From assembly GCA_010405405.1 (NCBI GenBank), contig MU004244.1, positions 871,895 to 935,894 of the forward strand: a DNA stretch of 64,000 nt, read 5' to 3'. The DNA is from Microthyrium microscopicum (lineage: Eukaryota). This document shows, piece after piece, positions 61,935-64,000 of this stretch (the first letter of the stretch is position 1; the number at the start of each line of letters is the position of its first letter). The notes under the pieces were generated by a model. The model searched no databases. It was not told the DNA's origin and saw nothing but the letters and a program-made list of their open reading frames with translations. The position numbers and the translations under genes are program-made.

Positions 61935-64000
61935 ATGTTTTCATGTTTTGGAGTTGTTCTTTTCCTACAGGCACCAACGGATATAATATGCCTTGCCAGG
62001 CAAATGAACTGGATCTACTTTGCCCTTGGATAATCTCGTTTCGCGATGGAGTTGGATTGCGTTTTTGTTATTGTTCTTTGGCCCTTATTCATCTTGCCGG
62101 GTCGGATTGCGCTCCTTCACCTCGACTTTGGATTTCATCATCGGCGACAATACCTTTAGACGTAATATTTCCTCTTTTGCCGGACCAGATTCTGCTTTTG
62201 TTGTTTCGGTTTTGGATTTTATCAACAGCACTTATACGTTTACCACCGATTATTCCTCTACGACGGCTTGACGTTTCCTGGACGAAAACTCCTGGAACAT
62301 TGTCACTAGCGATTCCATCACGGCGCTGGAATGCCGTTCGTACGCTGGACGGTTTTTTGTCTTCCATGGCGAGTTTTATGCCTTTGGAAGTTTATACGAT
62401 AGTCTTTTGCATTCACGGACGACAGTAATGAAAGTGCTTTTACACAGTTTTGACAATTTTTTGGTTTCTTGTTTCCACAGTTGCTTCCAGCCTGGACTTT
62501 TGCAGCAACAACCAATTGGATGGTCCATACACTACGCGCAGCCTCATTTCAAAATATCCATTTGGTATTAATGTCTGATGACATACGTATTACCGGTCAA
62601 GACAAGGCGAGGGGGATTGATAATATGCATATCTACGTGTACCGTCACTTGTCGTACGGCGTTAAATCCATAGACTTCATTTGAGCGGTACAGCTACCAC
62701 GTTACTGATATTCGCCTTGTCGTTCTTGCTGGACCTGACAATGACTTCAGTAGCCAGAATTGGTCACTTACATAGTTTTCCCTCTGTCGGGCATCGAGTG
62801 ACTATCACTGAACACGTCAAGCTGACTGTGCTCATCATCTGCTTGGCTGATATGCTGTTCATTGGTCCCACGACATGGCTTCCAGTTTTTATACTTCTAC
62901 ATAGATCTGTATTCGAGCTATCCTGGCAAACCACTACCAGTAAGTTGTTGGGTAACGATTCAGTTAGGAACAACAGCCCGATGCCTACCTTTGAAACAGA
63001 AACGGGTTGGCCCATGGTTGGTCAAGAGAAATAGAAAATGATCCAATGACTTCAGATTCTCAACGAACTCGATCTTGTGCCTGAAATCAATAAAGGTTGA
63101 TTTTGATGGCTTGGTGGGGTTGGTTGAGGCAATCCATCCACGTTGTTGATGTTTCATGTCTCAACTTCAACTCTTCAATCCTCACTGTTGTGCCTACCAC
63201 CCGTGTGTCTGTTTTCGTGTATCACTGCCTTTTGCATCTTAAGCTGCCAAAGCTAATCAACTCCTTACCGGCCAACACGACCATGAACTATCCGGCAGAA
63301 GTATAGGCATGCTGTACCCATTGTGCGAACTACACGGACCAAAGCATGTTGTGCTCCACACAGATTGAACCGCAGAATTCAAAATGCCCAGGAAATTCGC
63401 CATTGGGCTCCTGATAGACAAAAATGGCGCAGGAACACAACAGACCCAATGAGCGGCATCGCTTGTGCATAATGTCCCCATCCGCCCTGGTGTTGAAATC
63501 CTGACGTGGCTCCAATGGCTCTCTGCAGGGCAAGTCGGCATTCGGCACCTGCGGCTCTCTCCCAATTATTGCTGCCACCCACTCAACTTTTGCCTCGTTT
63601 TGTGACTCTATCCCAGCTCAATTGTCCGGCAAATCTTGGGGAAACCCTGGAGTTGATGTGCCCGAATCCAACAAGGATCACAACCTCCTCGGACTTTTGC
63701 CAACGCTTCAAGGTTGACCTGTCGACGAAGTTTTTCTCTCTAAAGTTACGCCCAATCTAGGCAGTCGAGTCCTGCCATCTCTAGCCATCTAACTGACGAA
63801 AAGAGTCTCTCTACTTTGGGACAATCCTTGAGGTTTCTTGCTAGTTATCACCCGAAGCATGAGCTGTCTCTCTGCCACAAAGTGTGCCATGAAATGTGTT
63901 GAATCTGCACTGGTTGCTCCCCCATTGTCTGACGACTTGAACCCAACCCAATTCGCTGGTCCAAGTAGACAACTAGGTCTGTCTTTTCCTAATTGATAGG

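Noticed and set aside
61943..63760. Numerous 65-160 aa ORFs at the end of the window
   Set aside because: No motifs or coherent exon chain. They are probably UTR or intergenic sequence.
1..64000. TPP riboswitch, TGA-CTA readthrough PTS1 signals, stwintrons and CRISPR arrays
   Set aside because: Searched by eye at the modelled introns, several stop codons and intergenic regions, and none was found. A manual search is not exhaustive.

Overview
This is a gene-dense, intron-containing eukaryotic segment from a filamentous ascomycete (Pezizomycotina, probably Dothideomycete-like; inferred from gene content and short GT-AG introns with CTRAY branch points). About 23 protein-coding genes can be built by hand. 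They include an SDR reductase, HIU hydrolase, GH47 mannosidase, L-galactonate dehydratase, an atypical kinase, Ufe1 syntaxin, an AcpS-type PPTase, an NmrA-like reductase, class II chitin synthase, aspartate aminotransferase, GH27 alpha-galactosidase, GT15 mannosyltransferase, a gamma-tubulin complex subunit, SconB/Met30, GH72 Gas/Gel and Sda1, plus several hypothetical proteins. Two small spliced genes are absent from the ORF track. No tRNA, rRNA, CRISPR array, riboswitch or autonomous transposon was seen. The least explained signals are (1) a dispersed family of ~200-bp intergenic fold-back palindromes (4 clear and about 4 degenerate copies), (2) an apparently young 310-bp MITE with perfect 37-bp TIRs, an ATT target duplication and a perfect internal hairpin, (3) a tandem pair of highly diverged orphan paralogs with F-box-like N-termini, (4) PTS2-like extensions between two in-frame ATGs in two metabolic genes, (5) a possible alternative signal-peptide exon for the GH27 gene, and (6) frequent AAG splice acceptors. 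All calls come from manual reading without database searches.
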